Shown here in pieces: positions 36,854 through 46,793 of a stretch of DNA of 58,346 bases. The DNA is from an uncultured virus (IMG/VR IMGVR_UViG_3300044639_001309) (taxonomy: Duplodnaviria > Heunggongvirae > Uroviricota > Caudoviricetes). The number at the start of each line of letters is the position of its first letter. Within the stretch, counting starts at the first letter, position 1. A program made the translations under genes and the position numbers. Where the stretch lies: positions 62,001 to 120,346 of the IMG/VR virus record IMGVR_UViG_3300044639_001309. One strand, given 5' to 3'. The notes beneath the pieces are model-generated. The model made no database searches and was not told the origin of the DNA. It saw only the letters and a program-made list of their open reading frames with translations.

Positions 36854-37641
36854 AAAGGTGGGTTATGCCAGAAGTGTGGATATTGTTGTAATACTTGTTG
36901 TACAGGATCAGGATACACAGTAGGCACAACATGAGTAGTACACTTGTGATTGATAGCTGATATTGTGTCTAACTGTTTAAAAGCATGTAGTACTTGTTCG
37001 GGATCTCTGTGCTGACTTTCAATACAGCTAATCACTTTGTTTTTTATTAGATCGTCACTGCCCATCCAGGTCCAATGCCAACCAACTGATTCGTTTATGC
37101 CAACACAATGATTGCGGTTTTTTCTTTTGACCACTGCTCGGTCGCCTTTGTATAAGTCATGTGGTGTTTCAAACATGCGCCGCCTGGCAACTACACTACC
37201 TTTCCAGCCACGATCTGCACGTTGATCAACTCGGTACATATACATATCAAATCCACAACTCACTGGCCGATTATGTTGATCCATCTGATTAAGAATTTTA
37301 CTCCACTTGGTTGGATCAATGACTTCGTCAAGGTCTCCGTGAATAACAATATCATCCAAACTGCAACTGCTGAGTGCAGTTTTAAATCCTTGTCTCATTG
37401 TGGTTTCGCAGATTAGGTTGGTTTGATCAGCAGTCAGTGGTTGTTGAATTACTTGTATTCTTCCCGGATACTTTTCATTGTACTTTTTCAAATTGTCAGT
37501 CAGGTGGTAGGGTTTTTCAATGCCACTGAATGTTCTACTTGCTTCCAACACTATCCAGCGATCTACATAGTGGTTGGTAATGGCTAGATGTATGTCTAGC
37601 ATGTCAAATTCGTTGTTAAACAATAAGGTATCGATGATCAT
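36850..37641 (-). CDS. glycosyltransferase family 17-like
   Basis: FNNEFDML, EASRTFSG.EKP, DLDEV, GWHWTW. Confidence 0.85.
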   Translation of the reverse strand: MIIDTLLFNNEFDMLDIHLAITNHYVDRWIVLEASRTFSGIEKPYHLTDNLKKYNEKYPGRIQVIQQPLTADQTNLICETTMRQGFKTALSSCSLDDIVIHGDLDEVIDPTKWSKILNQMDQHNRPVSCGFDMYMYRVDQRADRGWKGSVVARRRMFETPHDLYKGDRAVVKRKNRNHCVGINESVGWHWTWMGSDDLIKNKVISCIESQHRDPEQVLHAFKQLDTISAINHKCTTHVVPTVYPDPVQQVLQQYPHFWHNPPL

Positions 37642-37642
37642 T

Positions 37643-38281
37643 TTAAAACTTATAAATTATTTGGTATTCGTCGTATACAGGGTGTTTACCTTTTGACTCA
37701 AGGTATTCAACAATCCTACGACCTTTGCCAGTTCTTTGGTTTGTGTTTTTGAATCTACTGTTGTCATCTATGGCCACAATACATCCAGATTTCAAGTAAG
37801 GTTCAATTGCCTTAAATTCGCTTAAATGGTGCTCGGCGCTGTCCAGATCATTTTCCCACTTGACGTCCCACGAATCTAAGTAGAACAAATCAACTGTAGA
37901 TAAATCTGGTTGTTTGCTTAACCAAGTTACGCTGTCACTACAGGTAACTGTAAAGTTCTTGGACCGTATTGCGGCTGATGCTGAGGAACATGCACCCGGA
38001 TCAATATCTACTGACCTTACAGATCCGTTGTGAATGTCCACAAATTCAGTGAATAATTTTGCACTCTGGCCGTCTTTCCAGTTTCCGGGATTTCGTAGAG
38101 TGCCAGTTTCAATTATATGATACTGATCTTGACCGCGTGTTACCAGTTCAGCAAACATAATGTTAAATCCGTGTGCTCTTTGATATAAGCCATCGACTAA
38201 CCCTCGCTTTATTGCGCTAACACGTGGGTTTAATAAATTGTAATAGTTTTTTCGGTAAAACTCTAACCAGTCTTGTTTCAT
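37643..38281 (-). CDS. class I SAM-dependent methyltransferase
   Basis: IIETGT, SVDID, DSV, YLDS, IDD. Confidence 0.8.
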   Translation of the reverse strand: MKQDWLEFYRKNYYNLLNPRVSAIKRGLVDGLYQRAHGFNIMFAELVTRGQDQYHIIETGTLRNPGNWKDGQSAKLFTEFVDIHNGSVRSVDIDPGACSSASAAIRSKNFTVTCSDSVTWLSKQPDLSTVDLFYLDSWDVKWENDLDSAEHHLSEFKAIEPYLKSGCIVAIDDNSRFKNTNQRTGKGRRIVEYLESKGKHPVYDEYQIIYKF

Positions 38282-38288
38282 TCTTTAT

Positions 38289-38870
38289 TTAAATTAAATT
38301 ATTACCGGCTGTTGGTTTTGTGACCAACCAACAACGTCCTGATCTGCGTACTTTTATATTCATTGGTCCAAAAAAGTCCCAAACTGCTTGTTGCACTCCT
38401 GGATAACCTTTTGTGTAGTCATCACCACCAAACATGGCACCAGGGCACAGTTTTGGCCACCATGCAGTGAGATCTTTTGTTACTGCTTCGTAACTATGTC
38501 CAGCATCCACATAACAAAAATCCACAGATTCATCTTTGAATTTTTCTGCGGCGGCCCAACTCATCATGGTCAACATGGTAATTGAATCTATCACTGGATT
38601 GACATTTTTACGGAAAATATTTTCCATGTCCTGTATCACGCCTTGATCGTATGCTATGTCAGTTTCGCCCTGCCAGCTGTCTACACAATAGAATTCACCT
38701 AGTTTATCTCGATTGATTAACTCAACCACACAATATGCCGCGCTACGACCTGTCCATGATCCTAGCTCAACCCATGTGCCTTTTTTAGGAAATTGTTCTA
38801 ACACCATGTCAAGCATGATTGTGTTTCTAACGCTCATAAATCCGTCTATGTCTTGATAAAAGTGGTCCAT
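38289..38870 (-). CDS. class I SAM methyltransferase (Methyltransf_24-like)
   Basis: ELGSWTGRS, VDSW, YVDAGHSYE, GDDY; start 4 nt after TAAATA. Confidence 0.85.
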   Translation of the reverse strand: MDHFYQDIDGFMSVRNTIMLDMVLEQFPKKGTWVELGSWTGRSAAYCVVELINRDKLGEFYCVDSWQGETDIAYDQGVIQDMENIFRKNVNPVIDSITMLTMMSWAAAEKFKDESVDFCYVDAGHSYEAVTKDLTAWWPKLCPGAMFGGDDYTKGYPGVQQAVWDFFGPMNIKVRRSGRCWLVTKPTAGNNLI

Positions 38871-38907
38871 ATTATATTTACCATAATATACATAGATAAA
38901 TATTTCT

Positions 38908-39663
38908 ATGAAAATCGTACTTGTTACAGGTGGGTTTGATCCCATACACTCCGGGCACCTTGCTTACTTTAAATCAGCAAAACAACTAGGCGACATATTG
39001 ATTGTCGGACTCAACTCTGATGAATGGCTTACTCGTAAAAAAGGTAGGCCTTTTATGCCTATGAGTGAACGTTTTGAACTAATCAGTGCGTTGAGCATTG
39101 TTGACGAAGTTGTGGTTTACAACGATGATGACAACTCCAGTTGCAATGCAATTGAGTTAATCAAACAACGTTACCCAACTGATACTATTGTGTTTGCCAA
39201 CGGCGGCGATCGTACCCAGAATAACATTCCAGAAATGGTGTTCGATGACGTAGAGTTTGTGTTTGGTGTTGGTGGAGAGGACAAGAAGAATTCTAGTTCA
39301 TGGATTCTCGAGGATTGGAAGAAGCCCCGGACCTCACGTGCCTGGGGATACTATCGTGTGTTACACGAAGTAGGCGCAAACACCAAACTCAAAGAACTAA
39401 CAGTGACGCCCAAGACATGTTTGAGCATGCAACGTCATGATCAACGTGCAGAGTTTTGGTTTGTTGCTGAAGGTGAAGCCGCAGTTTATACACTAGACTC
39501 CAGCAGTGATCACGATCTGGTTGGCACATACGGTCTGCACGAATATGTGTTTATCGACAAAGGCCAATGGCACATGCTGTGTAACGAAACCAACCAGCCG
39601 TTAAAATTAATTGAAATTCAATACGGTGAGAACTGTATCGAAGAGGACATTGAAAGAAAATGA
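38908..39663 (+). CDS. cytidylyltransferase-family (HxGH) domain fused to a mannose-6-phosphate isomerase-type cupin
   Basis: TGGFDPIHSGH, ANGGDR, KKNSSS; RAWGYY, SMQRH..RAEFW, EIQYG..EEDIER. Confidence 0.88.
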   Translation: MKIVLVTGGFDPIHSGHLAYFKSAKQLGDILIVGLNSDEWLTRKKGRPFMPMSERFELISALSIVDEVVVYNDDDNSSCNAIELIKQRYPTDTIVFANGGDRTQNNIPEMVFDDVEFVFGVGGEDKKNSSSWILEDWKKPRTSRAWGYYRVLHEVGANTKLKELTVTPKTCLSMQRHDQRAEFWFVAEGEAAVYTLDSSSDHDLVGTYGLHEYVFIDKGQWHMLCNETNQPLKLIEIQYGENCIEEDIERK

Positions 39664-40337
39664 TTCCAATTTTCATAGGATACGATCCTAGAGAAGCAAT
39701 TGCGTTTCATACCTGTGCTAATAGTATTATTAGGCATGCAACACAACCAGTACAGATTATCCCGCTGGCATTAAATTTATTTAAAGACTATAAAGAAACA
39801 CACACAGATGGTAGCAATCAATTTATCTACAGTCGTTTCCTTGTGCCGCACTTGATGCAATTTACAGGGTGGGCCATTTTTATAGATGGTGATATGGTTG
39901 TGCGTGACGACATTACTAAATTATGGGAATTACAGAACCCCTACAAGGATGTATTGGTAGTCAAACATGATTATAAAACAAAGATGACTGAGAAATATCT
40001 TGGATCAAAAAATGAAGATTATCCTAGAAAAAATTGGAGTAGCGTTATCTTGTGGAACTGCGGAAGTTTTCCTAATCGTAAGCTAACCCCAGGATTTATA
40101 CAGAAAGCCACAGGGGCTGAACTACATCGATTTACCTGGATCGATGATGAACGACTTGGCGAACTGCCGCCTGAATGGAATTGGTTGCCCGATGAATACG
40201 GGCCAAACCCCGCGGCCAAGCTCTTGCACTATACCTTGGGCACTCCATGCTTCCACGAGTTTGCTGACACACCACAAAGTGAAGAGTGGCACAGAGAACG
40301 CATACTCACTGAGTATTGTTTACAAAGGACATTATAA
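39660..40337 (+). CDS. GT-A glycosyltransferase
   Basis: FIGYDPRE, FIYSRF, IDGD, KNWSSV, HYTLGTP. Confidence 0.85.
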   Translation: MIPIFIGYDPREAIAFHTCANSIIRHATQPVQIIPLALNLFKDYKETHTDGSNQFIYSRFLVPHLMQFTGWAIFIDGDMVVRDDITKLWELQNPYKDVLVVKHDYKTKMTEKYLGSKNEDYPRKNWSSVILWNCGSFPNRKLTPGFIQKATGAELHRFTWIDDERLGELPPEWNWLPDEYGPNPAAKLLHYTLGTPCFHEFADTPQSEEWHRERILTEYCLQRTL

Positions 40338-41146
40338 TGAGCGAGTGGTTATTTCTTAGTAAGAACGGCAAAGATGAATATATCAATATGTTTGCCCAAG
40401 GATGCGGAGGAAAAATAACCAACTCCGACGACTTTGATTATTATTATGATGTAGTAGTTGATGATAGGCCCGTGGTACTGCGTGGGATTTTAAAACACAA
40501 AATTATGCGCAGTTGCTGGGAAGATAATAAAACATTCTATTACATGGACAGCGGCTACTTTGGTAATCAACCAAATGATCAGAATCCGCAAGGGTGGAAG
40601 AATTGGCACAGAATTGTAAAAAATGATCTTCAACACAACGAAATAGTTCCCAGGCCTGATGATAGATGGAAAAAACTTCGAATTCAATTGCACCCAAGAA
40701 AATATGGAAAAGTAATAATTGTTGCGGCGCCTGACGAAAAACCCTGCAAGTTTTATGGAATTGATTTGGAAACCTGGCTCATTGAAACTGTGGCAACTTT
40801 AAAAAAATACACAGACCGGCCAATTATTATCAGACAACGTGAGCCAAAAAGAATAGACCGTGTACAATTGAATCCATTATCTGCTATCTTGGCAAGAGAT
40901 GTCCATGCATTAGTAACATTTAACAGCGTTGCGGCCACAGAAGCAGTCATGCAGGGAGTTCCAGCATTTGTGTTGGCTCCATCAAATGCGGCAATGCCGG
41001 TTGGCAACACAGATCTCAGCAAGATTGAAACACCCTACTATCCTGATAGAGATAAACTCCATGCATGGGCACATCATCTTGCCTATGGGCAGTTTCATGT
41101 AGACGAGTTACGAGATGGTACTGCATTTAGGATTTTGACAAAATGA
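40337..41146 (+). CDS. capsule-polysaccharide-biosynthesis-like GT-B protein
   Basis: YMDSGY, RPDDRW, TFNSVAATEAV..GVP; start at 40337 (TAATG). Confidence 0.65.
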   Translation: MSEWLFLSKNGKDEYINMFAQGCGGKITNSDDFDYYYDVVVDDRPVVLRGILKHKIMRSCWEDNKTFYYMDSGYFGNQPNDQNPQGWKNWHRIVKNDLQHNEIVPRPDDRWKKLRIQLHPRKYGKVIIVAAPDEKPCKFYGIDLETWLIETVATLKKYTDRPIIIRQREPKRIDRVQLNPLSAILARDVHALVTFNSVAATEAVMQGVPAFVLAPSNAAMPVGNTDLSKIETPYYPDRDKLHAWAHHLAYGQFHVDELRDGTAFRILTK

Positions 41147-42105
41147 AAGTTATAAGTTATCTAGCAACCTTGCCTAAGAAACAAGAGCCCACACCTGAGT
41201 CTTTGCAAAAACAAAATAACAAGGCAAATACACTAAGATATTTTATCGACGGGGTAATTAACGTCGGGGATGAAGGACAGGTGATTGAAACTATGCAATA
41301 CGAACCAGCCGATGTTGCAATGATATTGGGCTGGGTTCACGAGAACGGTAAAACTGGTGCTCATCTGGCGTTTAGACAAGAAATCATTGATCGTCAAAAA
41401 GCCATTGGTGGTAGAACTGTTATTGCAGATAGCAATTTGTTTTTGTACAAAAACACTACCAATCCTGGATACTGGTTGCGTTATAGCTACGATGGAGTTT
41501 TTCCAACCACTGGCGAGTATTGCGATCATGAACCAGATCCCATCAGATGGGAGATTATAAAACAAGCCATTGGTGTTGAACTAAGCCCCTGGCGAAAAAA
41601 TGGAGACCATATTTTGATTTGTCTTCAACGAGATGGTGGTTGGAGTATGGCAGGATGGAATGTGGTTGATTGGGCACTAAATGTCATAACAACATTAAGA
41701 AAGTTTACACAAAGAAGTATTCGTATAAGAGCTCACCCTGGAGACAAACGAGCAAAAAAATACTGCGAGCGTCTACTAAAACTTTGTAGAGGAAGAGCAT
41801 TGCTTAATGTTCATTTTAGCACCAATGAAAGATTAGAAGATGACCTTAATCGATGTTGGGCCATGGTTAATCATAACAGTAGTCCTGCAGTTGCATCTGC
41901 ATTACAGGGCATTCCGGTGTTTGTTACTGATCCGGACCGAAGTCAGTGCAAAGAAATTGCCAACATTAATCTAGCAAATATAGAAAATCCTATTATGTAC
42001 GACCGAGAGTCGTGGATAAAACGCATAAGTCAATTCCACTGGAGCCATAGTGAACTTAAATCTGGGCATTGCTGGAGACACATGAAAAGATGGGCCAACA
42101 AATGA
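41143..42105 (+). CDS. capsule-polysaccharide-biosynthesis-like GT-B protein (paralog)
   Basis: PWR..GDHILI.LQ, RAHP, HNSSPAV..GIP. Confidence 0.65.
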   Translation: MKVISYLATLPKKQEPTPESLQKQNNKANTLRYFIDGVINVGDEGQVIETMQYEPADVAMILGWVHENGKTGAHLAFRQEIIDRQKAIGGRTVIADSNLFLYKNTTNPGYWLRYSYDGVFPTTGEYCDHEPDPIRWEIIKQAIGVELSPWRKNGDHILICLQRDGGWSMAGWNVVDWALNVITTLRKFTQRSIRIRAHPGDKRAKKYCERLLKLCRGRALLNVHFSTNERLEDDLNRCWAMVNHNSSPAVASALQGIPVFVTDPDRSQCKEIANINLANIENPIMYDRESWIKRISQFHWSHSELKSGHCWRHMKRWANK

Positions 42106-42830
42106 TAGAAATTATCACTAGTTTTGATCAACGATATTATGATTTGATTGGTAAAGACTGTGTCAACTCCTGGTTGAAACATTGGAACCCATATTATAAA
42201 CTCACTTGTTATGTTGAGGATTTTTCATTTTCTAATAATTACAGAATTAAACAAATTCAATTTGATCAATTAGACAAGGACTATTACGCATTACAACAAG
42301 AAGACTTTCATAGAAGTGTTAAAAGATTTGCAAAGAAGGCATATAGTTTTATCCATGCCATGAATAACACTGACAAACAGTGGATATTATGGATCGACGC
42401 AGATGTAATTACGGAAAGTACCATGCCGTGGGATTTTTGGAATAAAATTCTTGATCCGTCACATTTATCTTTGTATTTGGGAGTATCATATACCGAAGAT
42501 AAACAAGGCAATCCAGGCAATTGGTTAGTACCCGAAACTGGGGTGTTTGCTGTTAATACGCATCATCCAAAATTTAAATTATTTAAATCTGAATACATTC
42601 GTAGATATAAGAAAAGAGACTACAAAGATCTCAGACGATTCTATGACAATGATGTATTTGGTGCGGCAATCAAATTGTCCAAGGCCGACTGCACTGATCT
42701 ATGCGCTGACTTTGCTAAACCTTATAAAACACCCATGAGACATACTGTTCTCGGCCCGTATCTGACTCATCACAAAGCCAAACACAGCAAAGAACACTAC
42801 AGTCAGACTGGTACCGACGAGGACCAATAA
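42102..42830 (+). CDS. GT-A nucleotide-diphospho-sugar transferase
   Basis: RFAKK, WIDAD, ETG, YDNDVF, H.K. Confidence 0.75.
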   Translation: MIEIITSFDQRYYDLIGKDCVNSWLKHWNPYYKLTCYVEDFSFSNNYRIKQIQFDQLDKDYYALQQEDFHRSVKRFAKKAYSFIHAMNNTDKQWILWIDADVITESTMPWDFWNKILDPSHLSLYLGVSYTEDKQGNPGNWLVPETGVFAVNTHHPKFKLFKSEYIRRYKKRDYKDLRRFYDNDVFGAAIKLSKADCTDLCADFAKPYKTPMRHTVLGPYLTHHKAKHSKEHYSQTGTDEDQ

Positions 42831-43630
42831 GATTCACTTCTAGGACGTACCAAATCTTTAAGATTACTACGTCCTACGTCTTTACGCTTGCCTTTAAGAT
42901 GATCAAGATATGCTCCCCAGGGTGTATTAATCAACGGGTGCCCTTCGCCCTTGATCAATCCCTTGGACCAATTTAGTTGTTTCCAGTCCGGATGCTTTAC
43001 CTGTACTTCTTTGCGTGTTTCATCAAATACCCAACAGTCGTTGTATTCAGCCATGGTCATAACTCGGTCCGAGTCGTATGCCAACTGGAATTCTTTAAGC
43101 CATTCTTGTGTGGTTGAGTTTTTTAAATTCATTGCATACAATCCACATTCTGTAAATTTCTTTTCGCGACCTAAAAACGCCAGGCCTACATCTGGTGTGA
43201 TTTGTTTGTTGATAAAATCTATTGTGATAGGAGTATGACATACCATGTCAGCGTCCATCCAAAACAGTATATCAGCATTGGTATTTTTCGCGGCGTGGCA
43301 CACAGAATAAATTTTATGACTAAAACGAATTGCATCCCATCTAAATCCCAGGCCAGGAGCCTTGCCTTTGTGATCTACAGGACCTGTGGCAACTAAACCG
43401 TTGGCTCGTGGATCATTGCCCCAACGCTGTTTAAATGCTACAATCTCTGGACTCACAGCATGCAGGTCTCTCACATATAAGTTAGGTGCAGATTGGGTAA
43501 TAGTGCAATCTTCTGTGTAAACATATAGGTCAACTTCTTGAGGCCAATTTTGTAAAAATGTATCAATCATGCGGCTAGCATATTTTTGATAACCAGTGGC
43601 ATGGAATGTTGTTAGTACTGAATATTTCAT
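42803..43630 (-). CDS. GT-A nucleotide-diphospho-sugar transferase (paralog)
   Basis: RFSHK, WMDAD, ECG, NDCWVFD, DHLKG. Confidence 0.78.
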   Translation of the reverse strand: MKYSVLTTFHATGYQKYASRMIDTFLQNWPQEVDLYVYTEDCTITQSAPNLYVRDLHAVSPEIVAFKQRWGNDPRANGLVATGPVDHKGKAPGLGFRWDAIRFSHKIYSVCHAAKNTNADILFWMDADMVCHTPITIDFINKQITPDVGLAFLGREKKFTECGLYAMNLKNSTTQEWLKEFQLAYDSDRVMTMAEYNDCWVFDETRKEVQVKHPDWKQLNWSKGLIKGEGHPLINTPWGAYLDHLKGKRKDVGRSNLKDLVRPRSESYWSSSVPV

Positions 43631-44343
43631 AGTGTTTGATAAATTTCTTTTTCTTTATTGTTCCAATACTGGTGATCGGAAATTTGTTGTTTTATAATAG
43701 AGGTATCTATCTGATCAAGTGTTTGATTTCTAGGAACATCTAAATTTATATCAACTCGGTCTGGGTGAAACCAAAATGCGTTTACTGCTCTTGTGTCAAA
43801 TGTAAAAAACTCATAGCCATATTGTGACCACAAGTCTTTGTACTTTGACAGTGAACAGCCATAATGAAACTTCCTATTGTATGTGCCTTTTTTCATTGTT
43901 TTTTCAACATAAGGAAAACTGGCCCAGTCGTTACCAAAGTTCTTGTTGATCTCGCAACACACAGTGGCCGGGCAGAATCCTGATTGCAATAGGACTGACG
44001 CTACTTCATAATCAAAACTGTCAATGTCTAGGCTAAAAAAGTCCGGTTGCCAATACTGTTCTGGTATGTATTGTACAACATCGTCTGGAGAAATCATTCT
44101 CTGTATTTTAATCAATTGATCTGGCCACCGTTCGATCACGGATGGATCCCAGTCCCATCCGTCTATGCCAACACCACAATACCCTTGATGTAGCAAATCC
44201 AGAGTCATATTTTGTGTTCCGTCGCCAAAGCCAATCTCTACAAAAGTTTTTTTTGGGTCAGATATTCCTGCCAACATATATTCAATAATTCCAGTTTCGT
44301 CATGTTGACTAAAACCTTGTCGTTCATACGGTAAATGTTTCAT
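43627..44343 (-). CDS. FkbM-like methyltransferase
   Basis: FSQ.DE.GII, FVEIG.GDG, SLDIDSFDY, VNAF. Confidence 0.78.
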   Translation of the reverse strand: MKHLPYERQGFSQHDETGIIEYMLAGISDPKKTFVEIGFGDGTQNMTLDLLHQGYCGVGIDGWDWDPSVIERWPDQLIKIQRMISPDDVVQYIPEQYWQPDFFSLDIDSFDYEVASVLLQSGFCPATVCCEINKNFGNDWASFPYVEKTMKKGTYNRKFHYGCSLSKYKDLWSQYGYEFFTFDTRAVNAFWFHPDRVDINLDVPRNQTLDQIDTSIIKQQISDHQYWNNKEKEIYQTL

Positions 44344-44987
44344 AATGGGGTCCAAATTGTGTTGCTCTTACTTTTAACTGGCGCGGATTCATATGGTCCG
44401 CATAAATCATTGAGCCATTGCCTGTGTTGATCTCGTTGGCCGTTGTCCTCAATTAACAACCAAGGTCTGTTCTGACGTATAGTATTGCGACTTCCTTCAA
44501 GGACTGCATTTTCAAAACCTTCAACATCAATCTTGATCCAGTCAACAGATTGAAAATTGAATCGATCCAGTGTGGTCAACACTCCAGTGTGTTGTTCAAA
44601 CTCTGGGTTGGGCACAAACTCTGCCACTTGTTTGGTATGCCCACACTTGAGAGTTTGTAATTCAAATATTGCTGTCTGATCTCTATCGCCAAGACCCAGG
44701 TTATGCAATTCCACATTTTTATAATTTTCTAGATTTTTTTGCAGGACTTCGAAGTTTTTAAGCACTGGTTCAAAACATATTACATGTTCAAAATGTTCTG
44801 CACTAGGTCTAGCAAATATGCCAATATTGGCGCCAATGTCAATCATGGTTCTTTTGCGTGGAATATTTTGAAATACATAATACCTGTAGCGTTGCTGATA
44901 ATGAACGTCTACAGCATCCTGCAAACGCTCGCTAAAGAATCCATTAAGAGGTTCGGGAGAATACCAGAGTGAATTGATTTTATACAT
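44340..44987 (-). CDS. FkbM family methyltransferase
   Basis: DIGANIG, FEP, KIDVEGFE..VLEG. Confidence 0.9.
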   Translation of the reverse strand: MYKINSLWYSPEPLNGFFSERLQDAVDVHYQQRYRYYVFQNIPRKRTMIDIGANIGIFARPSAEHFEHVICFEPVLKNFEVLQKNLENYKNVELHNLGLGDRDQTAIFELQTLKCGHTKQVAEFVPNPEFEQHTGVLTTLDRFNFQSVDWIKIDVEGFENAVLEGSRNTIRQNRPWLLIEDNGQRDQHRQWLNDLCGPYESAPVKSKSNTIWTPL

Positions 44988-45005
44988 ATATAACTATTTA
45001 CACAA

Positions 45006-45833
45006 ATGAAATTTAGTCTATTTAATAACTTTGGTGCATTGAACTCGGCACCAGTATTTGCTGCCATAGAACAAGGTCTGAAATCTCTCGGCCATCAAGT
45101 GGTCCACAACGAGTATGATGCTGATGTCGCTGTGATATGGTCGATGTTATGGACAGGTCGGATGCAAGGCAATCGAGATGTATGGAAAGCATATCAGCAC
45201 AAGCCTGTTATTGTTGCTGAAATTGGAATGTTGCGTCGGGGAGACACATGGAAAATTGGACTAAACGGTACTGGAATATCTTGTTATAATTTTATTGATT
45301 TAACTGAATCAAGGACGCTGGATCTTGGATTAACACCAGTGCCCTGGAGAACCTCAGGTGATCACATTGTGATTGCATTACAACGTCAGGACAGTCAACA
45401 ATGGGTTGGATTACCGGATACACAAACATGGGTCAATGATGTGTGCAGTCGTTTAAAAAAATACACAAATCGTCCAATTGTTATTAGATCCCACCCAAGA
45501 CAAAAAATAATATCAACAGCTATTTCTCCAAATAAAATTGCCAATTCCTACGATTGTTTTGATTTTGATCAATCATTGGAAAACGCATGGGCAGTTATTA
45601 ACTGGAGTAGCGGACCTGGACCGCAATCAATTATAAATGGTGTGCCTGCGTTTGTTGGCCCTAGCAGTTTGGCTGCACCAATTGCTGGATTTAATCTAGC
45701 AGAAATAGAAAATCCGGCAATGCCGGATCGTAGTAGTTGGTTGAATATGATAGCACATTCTGAATGGACCTTGGACGAGATTGCCAAGGGCTATCCTATT
45801 CAACGTTTATTGCCGAACTTGGTATCTCTGTAG
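45006..45833 (+). CDS. capsule-polysaccharide-biosynthesis-like GT-B protein (third paralog)
   Basis: PWR..GDHIVI.LQ, RSHP, WSSGP..GVP, EW...EI. Confidence 0.65.
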   Translation: MKFSLFNNFGALNSAPVFAAIEQGLKSLGHQVVHNEYDADVAVIWSMLWTGRMQGNRDVWKAYQHKPVIVAEIGMLRRGDTWKIGLNGTGISCYNFIDLTESRTLDLGLTPVPWRTSGDHIVIALQRQDSQQWVGLPDTQTWVNDVCSRLKKYTNRPIVIRSHPRQKIISTAISPNKIANSYDCFDFDQSLENAWAVINWSSGPGPQSIINGVPAFVGPSSLAAPIAGFNLAEIENPAMPDRSSWLNMIAHSEWTLDEIAKGYPIQRLLPNLVSL

Positions 45834-46784
45834 ATCTGCATTAACCATATCTTCAATCATTTGTTTAAATGTTGTTTTTGGTTTCCAATCTAATAAACTG
45901 CGGGCTCTGGTACTGTCCCCGCACAGACTATACAACTCAGCAGGTCTTTTAAATCGTGGATCAGTTAGTACTTTGGATTCCCAGTCAGGAATATTGACAT
46001 AATTAAACGCAACATCTAATAGTTCTCGAATAGTATGTTGTTCTCCTGTGGCAATAACGTAATCTTTAGCTTCGGCTTGCTGTAACATTAGCCACATTGC
46101 TTCAACAAAGTCTCCAGCAAAGCCCCAATCCCGACGACTGTCAATGTTACCCAGTGTAATTGTTTCCTGCAATCCTAGTTTAATACGGGCCACTGCATCT
46201 GTAACTTTGCGTGTAACAAATTCTTTCCCACGTAATGGGCTTTCGTGATTGAATAATACTCCTGAGCAAGCATAGAGACTATAGCTTTCTCGAAAGTTCA
46301 CAGTCATCCAGTGACTATACAATTTACTAACCCCATACGGACTACGAGGAGTAAATGGTGTGGTTTCGTTTTGAGTGTTTGTTATAGCATTACCAAACAT
46401 TTCGCTGGTGCTTGCTTGATAAAAACGACTATTTGGACTATGCGTTTTAATTGCGTTAAGGATATTAAGAGGGCCTATTGAATTGACTTCTGTAGTTAAC
46501 TTGTTCAAATCCCAACTAATTCCAACAAAGCTCTGTGCCGCAAGATTATATATTTCCACTGGCTTTAAACTTCTAATCAGATGATTCATTGAGTTTTCGT
46601 CGGTGATGTCACCAGTTACTAGTTCAATATCATTTTCAATTCCTAACCATTTAATATTGTCAAGATTTGGATTGCTATATCTTTTAACTAGTCCAAACAC
46701 TTGATAATCTTTTTCAAGCAATAACTTTGCCAAGTACGGACCATCCTGGCCGGTCATTCCGGTAACAAAAGCAGTTTTTTTCAT
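45807..46784 (-). CDS. gmd: GDP-mannose 4,6-dehydratase
   Basis: TGMTGQDG.YL, YNLAAQS, QASTSE, PRSPYGVSK, FNHESPLRG..FVTRK, RDWG. Confidence 0.95.
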   Translation of the reverse strand: MKKTAFVTGMTGQDGPYLAKLLLEKDYQVFGLVKRYSNPNLDNIKWLGIENDIELVTGDITDENSMNHLIRSLKPVEIYNLAAQSFVGISWDLNKLTTEVNSIGPLNILNAIKTHSPNSRFYQASTSEMFGNAITNTQNETTPFTPRSPYGVSKLYSHWMTVNFRESYSLYACSGVLFNHESPLRGKEFVTRKVTDAVARIKLGLQETITLGNIDSRRDWGFAGDFVEAMWLMLQQAEAKDYVIATGEQHTIRELLDVAFNYVNIPDWESKVLTDPRFKRPAELYSLCGDSTRARSLLDWKPKTTFKQMIEDMVNADLQRYQVRQ

Positions 46785-46793
46785 TGGTTCCTC

